A stretch of 63,730 nt of DNA, counting the filler, from Candidatus Woesearchaeota archaeon (GTDB lineage: Archaea; Nanobdellota; Nanobdellia; Woesearchaeales; WJIZ01), in NCBI GenBank assembly GCA_018221205.1. It is 8 parts of 8 records of this genome, joined end to end, with 100 filler letters (N's around TTAATTAATTAA, not from the genome) between each part and the next. Parts side by side here need not be neighbours in the genome. Positions count along the whole stretch, not along the records: positions 9,341 to 18,995 come from JAAOYF010000043.1; positions 19,096 to 22,089 come from JAAOYF010000045.1; 6 more parts are not named here. One strand, given 5' to 3'. Shown piece by piece: positions 10,023 through 19,554 of the stretch; the stretch's first letter is position 1; each line of letters starts with the position of its first letter. A program made the position numbers and the translations under genes. The notes under the pieces are model-generated. The model was given only the letters and a program-made list of their open reading frames with translations, was not told the DNA's origin and searched no databases.

Positions 10023-10343
10023 ATGGCAAATCCAACACCCCTATACAAGATGGAACAAGGAGGAAATGTAGCCCATTTCACTGTTCCAAGCGATCCAGAC
10101 CAGATGATGGCTTCAGTAGATGCTGTCGTCACTGCACTAAGGAGAGAACGAAAAGGATTAAGTAGCGTTTCAGTCGATCTGGGCAACATACCTGAACCCA
10201 ATAAACAGGCATGTGCAGAATTTTTAGTCGGCATACTAGGAGAAGAGGGTTTTAGTATAGTCGGTTATCGTAATTACCTACCCGACGCTGATCCTTCACC
10301 AGAGATTAGGCCCGGACCTTCATATAACCGTCACGCAAAATAG
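10023..10343 (+). CDS. Hypothetical protein
   Basis: 106-aa ORF with ATG start and AT-rich upstream region. Confidence 0.6.
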   Translation: MANPTPLYKMEQGGNVAHFTVPSDPDQMMASVDAVVTALRRERKGLSSVSVDLGNIPEPNKQACAEFLVGILGEEGFSIVGYRNYLPDADPSPEIRPGPSYNRHAK

Positions 10344-10402
10344 CCTCTCCACTTCCTAAATCTTAATAAACTTCTTTTCATTTTCTACTCCGGGGTGAAC
10401 CT

Positions 10403-10813
10403 ATGAAATGGTCAAAGATTCTGTATGCGGGATTGGCTGCATTCCTGATTAGAAGCGCCATAAACACCGGTTTCGGACAATATTTCAGCTATCTGTACGA
10501 TCTGACATCTGGTATGTGGAGGGCAATGCCAACACCATTTATGACGAGAAACATCATCATTCTCAACTTGATTTTAGCAATCATTGCCGTATTTGTCTAT
10601 GCATGGACAAATACCGCATTGGGCAAGAAAAAGGAAGTGCTGAAAAAAGGCCTCAAATTCGGCGTAATCATCTTTTTAGTCCGTGATTTGGCTGGAAGCC
10701 TGATCTCCTGGGTCTTTATGCCTGTATCAGCTGCTTTAGTCGGCGTCTGGCTTGTCTCAGGCCTTGCTGTCAGCATGATCAACGGCTTGGTTATAGCACA
10801 TATCTACAAATAA
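10403..10813 (+). CDS. Small integral membrane protein (about 4 TM)
   Basis: Hydrophobic helices; GGGGTGA RBS. Confidence 0.75.
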   Translation: MKWSKILYAGLAAFLIRSAINTGFGQYFSYLYDLTSGMWRAMPTPFMTRNIIILNLILAIIAVFVYAWTNTALGKKKEVLKKGLKFGVIIFLVRDLAGSLISWVFMPVSAALVGVWLVSGLAVSMINGLVIAHIYK

Positions 10814-11215
10814 TTATTTTTTCTTAAATTCTTTGATTACTATGTCTCCATCTTCAAAAACTCGGAACAAAAACACCTTTTCGAGCTCTTTTCCATGGAA
10901 AACGCTTGAAAACCCCATCCTGACATCAACAAAGTAGCCCTGATCCTTCTCAATACAGAAGAAATGTACCTTAAACTTCTTGTTTCGAAGCAATTCCTGC
11001 TGTTTTAAGGTCAAAAAATCAAGCGGAATCTGGTCCAAAACATCAATATGGGGGTTGATTTTAATGGCGATTATTCCATGCTCTCGGCAGTATTTCTTGA
11101 AGATCATCTCTGCATATATACTCCGATGTTTCGACGACACAAGGCTATATCCATATTCACTTATCCATTGCCGATACAACGGCTCATAACGTGATTTGAC
11201 TACTCTGGTATGCAT
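10814..11215 (-). CDS. Hypothetical protein, degenerate PD-(D/E)XK-fold-like
   Basis: AEMIFKKYC...VHFFCIEK...YFVDVR resembles E...PD...EVK with substituted catalytic residues. Confidence 0.5.
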   Translation of the reverse strand: MHTRVVKSRYEPLYRQWISEYGYSLVSSKHRSIYAEMIFKKYCREHGIIAIKINPHIDVLDQIPLDFLTLKQQELLRNKKFKVHFFCIEKDQGYFVDVRMGFSSVFHGKELEKVFLFRVFEDGDIVIKEFKKK

Positions 11216-11318
11216 ACCAAAGAATATAGTTTATTGATATTAATACTTAATGGTGATACAATATATACTTTTAAAAATAGCTAATGTAATATCGATGTTA
11301 AAATATCTATATAAATAA

Positions 11319-11458
11319 TTACAATATAGAAAAGAATAACAAAACAAGAGAACCATCTGCCCAAAAGTGAGCGCTTATACAAGAAAAGGCTAAGCACGGA
11401 TCGATGAAACAATCCACAAACACTCACTTTTCGTTCTTTACAATATAGAAAAGAATAA
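11319..11458. repeat. Two perfect 21-bp direct repeats (TTACAATATAGAAAAGAATAA)
   Basis: Copies at 11319-11339 and 11438-11458 in a ~450-bp intergenic region. Confidence 0.9.
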
Positions 11459-11664
11459 ACTATGCTGGCCTTATACATCAAAGTATACTCACTCGAACAG
11501 TTAGGCACCAGAAGGTGCTTCATAATTCAAACTTATTAGACCTTAAAAGGCAGGAATTCTGAAGAATTAGACTGAATATACCTTTCTATACACTAAGATT
11601 TGGGTTTGGAGAAAGGTGACTATATGGAGTAATCTATAAAAGGGGATGCATAATTACAATTGAG

Positions 11665-12219
11665 ATGCAAGAGTTCGATCAAAGATACTTTGAAATGCAC
11701 AGGAAGATACAAGAAGATACTGGAATAGTGAGGGTTCTTTTTGAAAGGGCGAAAAATACCCCAGAGAGATATGCTCCTGCCACTTCAATGGATGGAATCT
11801 ACCTCGGAGTCGACACCAATCCCCACCATATGCCAAATAATAACTTCCAAGATATTCTCGCAAAAATGCGTCTGCTATATGAAGTCGCAAGAGGCAGTGT
11901 AGATCTTTCTCGAGTCTATCTCAAATTACATGGTGTCCAGGCAATAGTCTCCGAAGACATGACTGCTAACAGACAGCTTGCTATTCGCGATCCAGCGAGC
12001 ATCACTTCTCTGGATATGGGATTATTAGAGGAAGTATTTGATGACTCGCAACTGCAACTGCAGCGTTCTACCTTCGATATTGTTATAGGGGATCAGATTG
12101 TAAGATCTCCAATTGTAGATCTTGATCATCTACCTGTTCGAGAGGGTCTACGCCCAAGGTATTGTCAATATTTCGCCCAGTATAGTCATGATCAACGTTT
12201 CGTTCTCGTACCAAGATAG
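11665..12219 (+). CDS. Hypothetical protein
   Basis: 184-aa ORF, no recognised motif. Confidence 0.65.
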   Translation: MQEFDQRYFEMHRKIQEDTGIVRVLFERAKNTPERYAPATSMDGIYLGVDTNPHHMPNNNFQDILAKMRLLYEVARGSVDLSRVYLKLHGVQAIVSEDMTANRQLAIRDPASITSLDMGLLEEVFDDSQLQLQRSTFDIVIGDQIVRSPIVDLDHLPVREGLRPRYCQYFAQYSHDQRFVLVPR

Positions 12220-12254
12220 AAAATTATTTATACTCCCTTTTTAAAGAAACCCAT

Positions 12255-13067
12255 ATGCCAGAAGAATTGATTTCTGCAAAAGGCCAGATCAAGAGAATGC
12301 CTATCGGCATCAAAGGTCTGGACGAGCATGCTGAAGGAGGTGTGCCTTTAGGATCATCTGTCCTAGTAACGGGCGCAGCAGGAACAATGAAATCTTCGGT
12401 CTGCTTCAACGCCATCTACACTGAAGCAAGCAAGGGCAATAACGTTCTCTATATCACATTAGAGCAAAGCTATGTTTCTCTTCTGAATCAGATGATCAAC
12501 ATGGGTTTTAATTTTGATAAGATCGACGTGACCATAATAGGCTCTGATCCCAATATCATCAGGCAAAAGATCAAACAAGTGAATGCCTCGAAGAAAGGAC
12601 ATCTGATTCTTTCAGATCTCGCTTCTCTACGGGCGACCATCAAAGGAAAAGGTGCAACCGAGAATTGGTGGGACACCATAGCCAAGATCGTAAAGACAAT
12701 GAAGAAAGAGACAAATATCACAGCAGTCGTCCTGGATTCATTGAATTCATTATATGTCCTCTCAGACTTCAAGGAGCCGAGGAATAAAATCTTTCATATC
12801 TACAATTTCTTCAAACAATTGGATGTAACCACCTTCTTTGTCTCAGAGATGCCTAAAGATGCAAGCAAATACTCTGAATACGAGATCGAACCATTCTTGG
12901 CAGATGCCGTAGTGGTCATACAGCTAGTGGAAAGAAACAGGAAAGTGACGAGGGAGATTAACGTCGCCAAGATGCGAGCCACCAAGGTAAGTGTCGATGT
13001 CTTTACGTTGGAATACAGCAAGACCGGCTTCCAGGCATTATACGGCGGTAAGATGCCATTAGTATGA
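12255..13067 (+). CDS. KaiC-like/RAD55 RecA-superfamily ATPase (single domain)
   Basis: GIKGLD, Walker A GAAGTMKS, YITLEQ, Walker B VVLDSL, KMRAT. Confidence 0.9.
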   Translation: MPEELISAKGQIKRMPIGIKGLDEHAEGGVPLGSSVLVTGAAGTMKSSVCFNAIYTEASKGNNVLYITLEQSYVSLLNQMINMGFNFDKIDVTIIGSDPNIIRQKIKQVNASKKGHLILSDLASLRATIKGKGATENWWDTIAKIVKTMKKETNITAVVLDSLNSLYVLSDFKEPRNKIFHIYNFFKQLDVTTFFVSEMPKDASKYSEYEIEPFLADAVVVIQLVERNRKVTREINVAKMRATKVSVDVFTLEYSKTGFQALYGGKMPLV

Positions 13068-13207
13068 TAGACGAAAACGCAATTAAATCGGAGATTGGAG
13101 CTATTAAGAAGGCTGTAGGAGATATCAAGGACAAAGTAGGTGCGATAGAGAAAGACGTTGACAAAATCAACAAGGATCTGAAGAAATTAGATAAAGATAT
13201 CAGCTAA
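13064..13207 (+). CDS. Small coiled-coil protein (47 aa; not in ORF track)
   Basis: MIDENAIKSEIGAIKKAVGDIKDKVGAIEKDVDKINKDLKKLDKDIS*; ATGA overlap with ATPase stop; regular heptads. Confidence 0.7.
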   Translation: MIDENAIKSEIGAIKKAVGDIKDKVGAIEKDVDKINKDLKKLDKDIS

Positions 13208-13911
13208 CCGACATAGCTCATCCGTTTCTTATCACTCAACTCTGTTGTCTCTTGGCCTTTCTTCATGAGATTCTGGAGTTTTTTCTCAAATGTCTCTGCT
13301 TGCTTCATCAAGGGTTCATAATCAACCCTTAATCCAAGATATTTATCGAGATCCTCGATGATCTTTGCAGCTGCCTTGCTGTCTGGCAGCTGGCTATGTG
13401 TTTCTGCGAATAAACAAGTTATAGGTAATTTATCATCCTTCATCAATAACGCTCCAGTAACACCCATGACAATGCCTTCTTTGATGGGTTCGATGTTGTA
13501 TGCTTTCAACTTGTCCGCATGTTTGGTGTTTCTCGTGAAGAAATAGGTCTTTGATTCTGTCGCATTGACGCCTGCCAGCCCTTCTATGCTGATGACCTCT
13601 TTTGCCTGCAATTTGGTTGCCAGCTCATCGACAAAACCAGCCAATTTCCATTCAAATCCTTGAGTGGCAGCAACAGTATGGATGATGACGATATTATATT
13701 GCTTATTGTAATAGATCCCGAAAGGCTGCACCATCTTATTGTTATGGATGGCAACCACAGCAGGCATCTCTTCTACTGTTATCGTTCCTATAAGCTCAAC
13801 CTTCAGATGCTCTGTAAGATATTCAGTAGCGATGGTCGCAACCAGCCCTACACCAGGAAAACCAGCTATGATAATGGGGTTTTTGGGCTTTTTCTTGAGA
13901 ATAACTTGCAC
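13204..13911 (-). CDS. Proteasome assembly chaperone, PAC2 family
   Basis: GFPGVGLVATIA, LPDSKAAA, C-terminal MSYVG; GTG start after GAGGTGG RBS. Confidence 0.9.
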   Translation of the reverse strand: MQVILKKKPKNPIIIAGFPGVGLVATIATEYLTEHLKVELIGTITVEEMPAVVAIHNNKMVQPFGIYYNKQYNIVIIHTVAATQGFEWKLAGFVDELATKLQAKEVISIEGLAGVNATESKTYFFTRNTKHADKLKAYNIEPIKEGIVMGVTGALLMKDDKLPITCLFAETHSQLPDSKAAAKIIEDLDKYLGLRVDYEPLMKQAETFEKKLQNLMKKGQETTELSDKKRMSYVG

Positions 13912-13937
13912 TCTACCACCTCTAATCAAAACCAGAA

Positions 13938-14981
13938 TTATGTGTATTTAAATGTGTTGATTTGGTTCTTAAGAACATTAACAAGCCATTTCCGATTTTG
14001 ACGGATAGCTTTCATAGTGTATCCGCTTTTTTGAATATTTTGTAGACTTCGTTCAAGTAACCACTCATGGGTACCTTTTCCGATCTCATTTTCATAATCT
14101 CCTCTTTGATGCATAATCTTCTCTCGATAGTGTTCAGTGGCTAACTGAACTTGATCAGAAGGCGACTCTTCAGGATTCATTCCAAGAACTGCATGCAGGG
14201 CAATCCTTCGTTCAGTCCACAAATACTTAAGAGTCTTATCTATCACCACCCTTTGGTAGACATTACCATTACTTGGACGTAGAAGATGATACACTTCTTC
14301 AGGAAGAGGGCCTGCAAAAGTAAAATTATAGGGGTCCGGATCTTCACCAGTCTCTAATGCGTTTTTATCCATTGCGAAATTCAATAAAGCCTGATCTCGT
14401 CCAAATGGATATTGCGCTTCTATATCGGTAACAAGATTATCGTCGAAAAGGCAAAATTCTGCAAGGGTAAATGAATTTCCTCCATTATCTGTATAGTAAG
14501 GATGATCTCCTTTCATTATATCTCCAGTCAGTCTCTCCAATACTTCTCCTGGGTTTTTATGTCCATTTTGTTTAAAGAATTCAGTGGCAAAATGTTCATA
14601 ATCGAAATTGAGAAGAATATCTAGTGATGTAGCAAAAGAGCCAACGCTTTCCATATGTGGAGAATAAGGCAGAGTCGTCACATCGCGTTCAGTCTTATCG
14701 AGTTCGAGTCCTTTTTCGTCGGCTGCTATGCCTAGTACCCTGTTCGAAAAATATGCTGCATAATCGATTACTTTTGATAGCTCCGCATGAGTAGGTTTTC
14801 TTTTCACACCTTGCTTTTCTAAATTCTTGATTACCCTATCACGAAGATTACTCAAGTCGGTTTGAGATCGAAGATAGCTGAGAGCATCCTGAGTACCTAC
14901 ACCATACTCCTGTTTGTAAAATTTAATATCTTCAAGTCTCCCTTCAAGGGCTTTATCTGCCATATATTCAGCTAAAAACAA
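13938..14981 (-). CDS. Hypothetical protein
   Basis: 347-aa ORF; weak PYxxHxxxV resemblance to HD-domain N-termini. Confidence 0.65.
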   Translation of the reverse strand: MFLAEYMADKALEGRLEDIKFYKQEYGVGTQDALSYLRSQTDLSNLRDRVIKNLEKQGVKRKPTHAELSKVIDYAAYFSNRVLGIAADEKGLELDKTERDVTTLPYSPHMESVGSFATSLDILLNFDYEHFATEFFKQNGHKNPGEVLERLTGDIMKGDHPYYTDNGGNSFTLAEFCLFDDNLVTDIEAQYPFGRDQALLNFAMDKNALETGEDPDPYNFTFAGPLPEEVYHLLRPSNGNVYQRVVIDKTLKYLWTERRIALHAVLGMNPEESPSDQVQLATEHYREKIMHQRGDYENEIGKGTHEWLLERSLQNIQKSGYTMKAIRQNRKWLVNVLKNQINTFKYT

Positions 14982-15066
14982 CCCCTTTTTAAATCTTTCT
15001 ATTTTATCGTCTCTTTATAGTAGTTACAAAAGAAGATTTATAAGAAAACGAGCGCTTTCCTTTCCT

Positions 15067-15513
15067 ATGGCAGATGTACCTCTATTAAAAATTTCACCAA
15101 GTCCACTAACTGCACAGATGATGGACGTATGCATCGGTGAAAATGTAGATGCAATTCTCCTCAATGCTTATGCAAGCGGAACAGTAGGATCTGCTGTGAT
15201 TGAACCAATCTATAGGGCAACTCACAAAGGCATTCCAGTCTTTTCTTTTCGCGATTCTCAAGACGATCGTTGGATACCTGAATGGAGCAATAGACCTAGC
15301 CTCCCTGGGGTGTATGAAGCAGAAGCAACAGCCATCGAAAAAGGACTGATTCCCTTAAGAGTAGATCACGTGAGATTTCAGGAAATGTACGGAGAACTCC
15401 TCGAAATTTGCGATACCCACACAACATACGAAACTAAAACAAGAGCAGCAATGGAACGCTTTTCTCCTCCTGAATGGAATGAAAGGATTGAAGCATTAAG
15501 GAAAGTAGGATAG
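15067..15513 (+). CDS. Stand-alone asparaginase C-terminal-domain-like protein
   Basis: DAILLNAYASGTV...HKGIPV...VYEA...KGLIP resembles the type I asparaginase/GatD C-domain. Confidence 0.6.
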   Translation: MADVPLLKISPSPLTAQMMDVCIGENVDAILLNAYASGTVGSAVIEPIYRATHKGIPVFSFRDSQDDRWIPEWSNRPSLPGVYEAEATAIEKGLIPLRVDHVRFQEMYGELLEICDTHTTYETKTRAAMERFSPPEWNERIEALRKVG

Positions 15514-15669
15514 GATTTCTAATAATCATTTAAAAGCAAGATCAATTCTCTCTCATCATAACCATCCAGTTAGAAGTGTTTACCGGAATGATAGAAAGAC
15601 AAGCAAAGCATTGATTATTTATTCAATAACCAAAAAATTTATATACAAATAGTGACATAATGTTACAAA

Positions 15670-15912
15670 ATGACACAAATGAGAATAGAATTGGATGAGT
15701 ATACGAAAAGAGTCTTAGATGTAGCTAAAGGAAAGTGGGGATTAAAGAACAGAAACCAAGCCTTGTCAAAATTCGCTCGTGAGTACGGTGATGAGCTTCT
15801 TGATCCCCCAGTTAACGAAAGCATTCTTCATGAGATCGATATGATTTATAAGAAACATCCGAAAAAGAGGAAGATGACACTCAAAGAACTAGATAAGCAT
15901 CTCGGGCTATAA
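15670..15912 (+). CDS. Antitoxin (DUF2683-like)
   Basis: RVLDVAKGKWGLKNRNQA; directly upstream of RelE-like toxin. Confidence 0.8.
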   Translation: MTQMRIELDEYTKRVLDVAKGKWGLKNRNQALSKFAREYGDELLDPPVNESILHEIDMIYKKHPKKRKMTLKELDKHLGL

Positions 15913-15913
15913 T

Positions 15914-16183
15914 ATGTTCACTTTTGATCTTTCTGACAAACTAAAGAAAAAAGTAAAGAAGCTTGCAAAAAAAGACAGAGTACTTGCACTCGTATTCCGA
16001 AAGAAAATACAAGAGATTATCACACGAGACCAGAATTCAATAAAAACATACAAAAATCTACGATCGCCGCTGAATGAGTACAAAAGAGTACATCTCACTG
16101 ATAATTTTATACTCCTCTTCGCGGTGGAAAAGAATCATATTATATTTATTGACATTCTTCACTGGGATAAAGCCTATAAGTGA
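15914..16183 (+). CDS. RelE/ParE/YafQ-family toxin
   Basis: Basic 89 aa; YKNLRSPLNEYKRVH, terminal HWDKAY. Confidence 0.85.
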   Translation: MFTFDLSDKLKKKVKKLAKKDRVLALVFRKKIQEIITRDQNSIKTYKNLRSPLNEYKRVHLTDNFILLFAVEKNHIIFIDILHWDKAYK

Positions 16184-16201
16184 TGCATGTAGAAACATAG
16201 A

Positions 16202-16233
16202 AATTATTTCTTCTTACCCGTCATAGAAGCAGC
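16202..16233. repeat. Diverged copy of the 3' end of gene 17037-17498
   Basis: 30/32 identity to 17035-17066; encodes AASMTGKKK* vs AASMTGKKR*. Confidence 0.9.
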
Positions 16234-16432
16234 CGCAATTTCCGATGTTAAGAGACTAATCAACCTTGTTACCATATCTATATATTACATAGAAAAAACC
16301 ATAACGCCCCAAAACAGTAAATTTTCAATGTTTCTCGGCAGGGACGTAAATTTTAGAGAATAAGAAAGCATGATCCAAGAATAGAAACATTTATATAATT
16401 TTTTATAATACTTTATTATAAAATATAATAAG

Positions 16433-16684
16433 GTGATAGTGATGGTGCAAGCAATCATTAATGTTGGAGATCATGAAGATAGGGTTTTAACTATAGTAAA
16501 AGGAAAATTTGGCTTAAAAAACAAATCTGATGCAGTGAATTTTGTTATAAGTAAGTTTGAAGAAGAACTTTTAGAACCCCAATTAAGACCTGAATATGTA
16601 GAAAAGCTTGAAAAGATAAAGAAGCAGAAAGGCAAGAGATTCAAAAATATGGCTGCCTTGAGGAAGCACATTGAATCAGCATAA
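16433..16684 (+). CDS. Antitoxin (DUF2683-like), paralog of 15670
   Basis: RVLTIVKGKFGLKNKSDA...LEPQLRPEY. Confidence 0.82.
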   Translation: MIVMVQAIINVGDHEDRVLTIVKGKFGLKNKSDAVNFVISKFEEELLEPQLRPEYVEKLEKIKKQKGKRFKNMAALRKHIESA

Positions 16685-16940
16685 TTTTGAAATTAAGTCG
16701 GTTTTAGAAAGAAAGCTGATTAAAATATCAAAGAAAGACAAGGTAACGTGTGAAAAGATACTCAAAAAGATTGAAGAGATTATTTTTTCCGATATCGAGC
16801 ACTATAAGAACTTAAGATATGATATGAGGAAATCGAAGAGAGTCCATATAGGCCATTTTATTCTGGTGTTCAGCTTTGATAAATCTAAGGATTTAGTTTC
16901 TTTTGAAGACTTTGATCACCATGACAATATTTATAGTTAA
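16671..16940 (+). CDS. RelE/ParE/YafQ-family toxin, paralog of 15914
   Basis: HYKNLRYDMRKSKRVHIG, terminal HHDNIY. Confidence 0.85.
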   Translation: MNQHNFEIKSVLERKLIKISKKDKVTCEKILKKIEEIIFSDIEHYKNLRYDMRKSKRVHIGHFILVFSFDKSKDLVSFEDFDHHDNIYS

Positions 16941-17036
16941 CTCGCCATTAGTCTCAAGAAGCGAAGATTAGCCAACACCTCAAAGAACACTTTTGTATCC
17001 GTCTCGGCAGGAGCACAATATATAGATAGAACTTAA

Positions 17037-17498
17037 TTATCTCTTCTTACCAGTCATAGAAGCAGCAACAGCCTTTTCTTTCATAGCATCTTTCGCTTTT
17101 TTGGTGGCCTGCTTTTCGAGTTTCTTTCCTTTTCGCTTTGCACTTCCTTTTTGGCCCCTAACCATCCCTCTCGCCCTTCTGGCAACTTTATGGATGTAAT
17201 GATCTTCACGAATGGATTGTATTTTCTCACGCGCTATTTCCTCGCAGAGCTTCTCCAATTCCACCAGTTTTTGATAATCCTGTTGATTGGTGCTCGCATC
17301 CTGCTTAACTTTAGAAAGGAAACTTACATCTAATCGATCCAGCATCACATTAAGCTGACGGAGATCTTCCTTGATCCTCTTGTCTGCTTCGACATCTCCT
17401 GGCCGGGCATTCTGGAAATCGATGAATGTCTGCCGCAATTTATCTCCTAGAACACGAAGTATCTCAGCAGGACTGCGAAACGTATCTGGTCGAGGCAT
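17037..17498 (-). CDS. Hypothetical helical protein with Lys-rich C-terminus
   Basis: 153-aa ORF with upstream TTTAAATA box. Confidence 0.7.
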   Translation of the reverse strand: MPRPDTFRSPAEILRVLGDKLRQTFIDFQNARPGDVEADKRIKEDLRQLNVMLDRLDVSFLSKVKQDASTNQQDYQKLVELEKLCEEIAREKIQSIREDHYIHKVARRARGMVRGQKGSAKRKGKKLEKQATKKAKDAMKEKAVAASMTGKKR

Positions 17499-17675
17499 AG
17501 GCTTTCTCTAGATTACGTTTATTTAAAGGTTTTGTAAGATGTCTTTCCTACTACAACACACACTTATATCCTTTATAGGCTTGATAATGGGTGGTGATAA
17601 GGCAGATGGGTGAAAAAAAGATAGGGAGACTCGTCTATCAACATCAACTAACGAGACCATATTGGTTCAAACACT

Positions 17676-18164
17676 ATGAAAGACCCGGGTGCGCGTTTTG
17701 AGGCATTTCTCGAATCATTAATAAAGTCATTAGGATATCAGAATGTTCTCAGGAATGTTGAGTATCACAAATCAAGACTCTTCTTTAGGCAAGTAGATGT
17801 GAGCTACCAATATGTCCAAGATGAAAGAATCTATTTAGCAGTTGTAGAAGCTAAATATTCTTCGAACGGAAGCATTCGCTATAAGTTACGAAGCCCAAAG
17901 AAGAAAAAGGGTGCACCAACAATGGATAATCTTATTGATGAAGTAAAAGAAAGGACTAAATTTGTAGATGCGGATCGAACAATCCTCACGACGAATAGGG
18001 AATTTGAGCCTCAAGTCCACCATGAAGCACAAAGTTCCGGCATAGTACTCATAGAAGGCCAACAACTTCTCAAATTGTACAGAAAAATAGGGGGAAATCA
18101 AAGCATCGACGATGCAATACATACACATCCCTATCAAAAAAGAAAACATATCATCTATGTATAG
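17676..18164 (+). CDS. Mrr-like restriction endonuclease catalytic domain protein
   Basis: FEAFL...QVDV...VVEAK, ILTTNREF...A...GIVLIEG. Confidence 0.75.
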   Translation: MKDPGARFEAFLESLIKSLGYQNVLRNVEYHKSRLFFRQVDVSYQYVQDERIYLAVVEAKYSSNGSIRYKLRSPKKKKGAPTMDNLIDEVKERTKFVDADRTILTTNREFEPQVHHEAQSSGIVLIEGQQLLKLYRKIGGNQSIDDAIHTHPYQKRKHIIYV

Positions 18165-18218
18165 TTGTCTTTCTTGCTACAACACAGATTTATATCATTT
18201 TCATCGTTAATAATAATC

Positions 18219-18542
18219 ATGTTAGGCGCAATGTACAAGGGGACAAAACGGTTCATCAAACTTACCCTCGCTGCATATATAGCAGGGTTGTTGACACAAG
18301 TAATCAGGCCAGCAGATGAGTTTGTGAGGGATAATTCAGCCCCTATTGCTGTGGTGAGGGATGATTATGTAGATATCACAAATCACCTTCTGAAAGGAAC
18401 CTATCAAGTAGTATTCGATAAAAATACTGAAAACTTCCTTGGTGTGGCAGATAAAGTGCAGATGTATCATCAAGGAAATGTTCATGATCAACAAGTCCAT
18501 GAATTAAAAGGTAAATTAGAGAATTTAGTCAATCCAGAATAA
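18219..18542 (+). CDS. Hypothetical membrane-anchored protein
   Basis: N-terminal hydrophobic helix; start uncertain (18165/18219/18231). Confidence 0.55.
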   Translation: MLGAMYKGTKRFIKLTLAAYIAGLLTQVIRPADEFVRDNSAPIAVVRDDYVDITNHLLKGTYQVVFDKNTENFLGVADKVQMYHQGNVHDQQVHELKGKLENLVNPE

Positions 18543-18573
18543 ACAAAAATCACGATACGGAATAGCGTGAGCT

Positions 18574-18995
18574 ATGGAGGGAAAAATGGGAGATGAGCCA
18601 TTATTCAAGGAAGAAAATGAGGGATTAGGACCTTCACAAACAATTGTTGAAGAGGTCCCTTTAGAAGGGAGAGTAGACCATACAGGGATGGAAGGAAGAG
18701 TTCAGCAGGAACAGGAAAACATCAAGCATGCAATGAATCAGATCGAGCAGGAAGATGAAAAGTTTATGCAGAAATATCGTGATCGAAAGAACGAACGTGA
18801 AATGGGATCTATAGATAAGAGTATTGCAAACGCCATGACAGAAATAACTGGACTAAGGAAAACAGTTTATGATGTTGCATCTGCGGTAGGCATCAATCTC
18901 TACCGCAGGAGCGTCTTGACCCATAAAAAAAGACTAGAAGGACATGTTGAACAAATTGAAGGAGATGTAACTGGTTTCAAGGCAAAACTGAGAAA
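18574..18995 (+). CDS. Hypothetical coiled-coil protein (3' truncated)
   Basis: Acidic helical ORF running into linker. Confidence 0.6.
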
Positions 18996-19095
18996 NNNNN
19001 NNNNNNNNNNNNNNNNNNNNNNNNNNNNNNNNNNNNNNNTTAATTAATTAANNNNNNNNNNNNNNNNNNNNNNNNNNNNNNNNNNNNNNNNNNNN

Positions 19096-19554
19096 ATCGA
19101 CAGAACTGATCTCGCAATCCTGTCATTGCTTGCTTCGGATGTGCGGATGAGCTCAGTGGACATTGCCCGTTCAATTTCACTTACTCCTAAGACCGTCATC
19201 TCCCGCATAAAGGGTCTCGAGAAACGTAAGATTCTCAATGGGTACCGGCCGTCTCTTAATACCCAGGCAGTGGGCTATACCCGAACACTGCTGGTTATCC
19301 GATATCACAACGTGACCGTTAAGGAAGAGGAAAAACTGCTCCACTACCTTCAAATCCATCCTCATGTCATCAGTGCAGTTAAAACGCTTGGGGAATGGGA
19401 TCTTGAGATTGAGATTGAGGCCCAGAAGGAAGCAGCATTTCGTCAGATTGAATTCGAGATTCGGCAGAAGTTTGCGTCACTTATCCAGGATATCAGCGGC
19501 ATTCCCATCTACGATGTCCATAAGGAAACGCTCTTCCCTGAATTCCTCAATTGA
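19096..19554 (+). CDS. Lrp/AsnC family transcriptional regulator (5' truncated)
   Basis: DLAILSLLASDVRMS...RIKGLEKRKI HTH; TLGEWDLEIEI. Confidence 0.85.
   Translation: MDRTDLAILSLLASDVRMSSVDIARSISLTPKTVISRIKGLEKRKILNGYRPSLNTQAVGYTRTLLVIRYHNVTVKEEEKLLHYLQIHPHVISAVKTLGEWDLEIEIEAQKEAAFRQIEFEIRQKFASLIQDISGIPIYDVHKETLFPEFLN

Noticed and set aside
11319..11458. Mini CRISPR array
   Set aside because: Only two repeats with a 98-bp spacer, too long for CRISPR.
13938..14981. RelA/SpoT-type HD hydrolase
   Set aside because: Only the PYxxH segment resembles it; no HD dyad follows.
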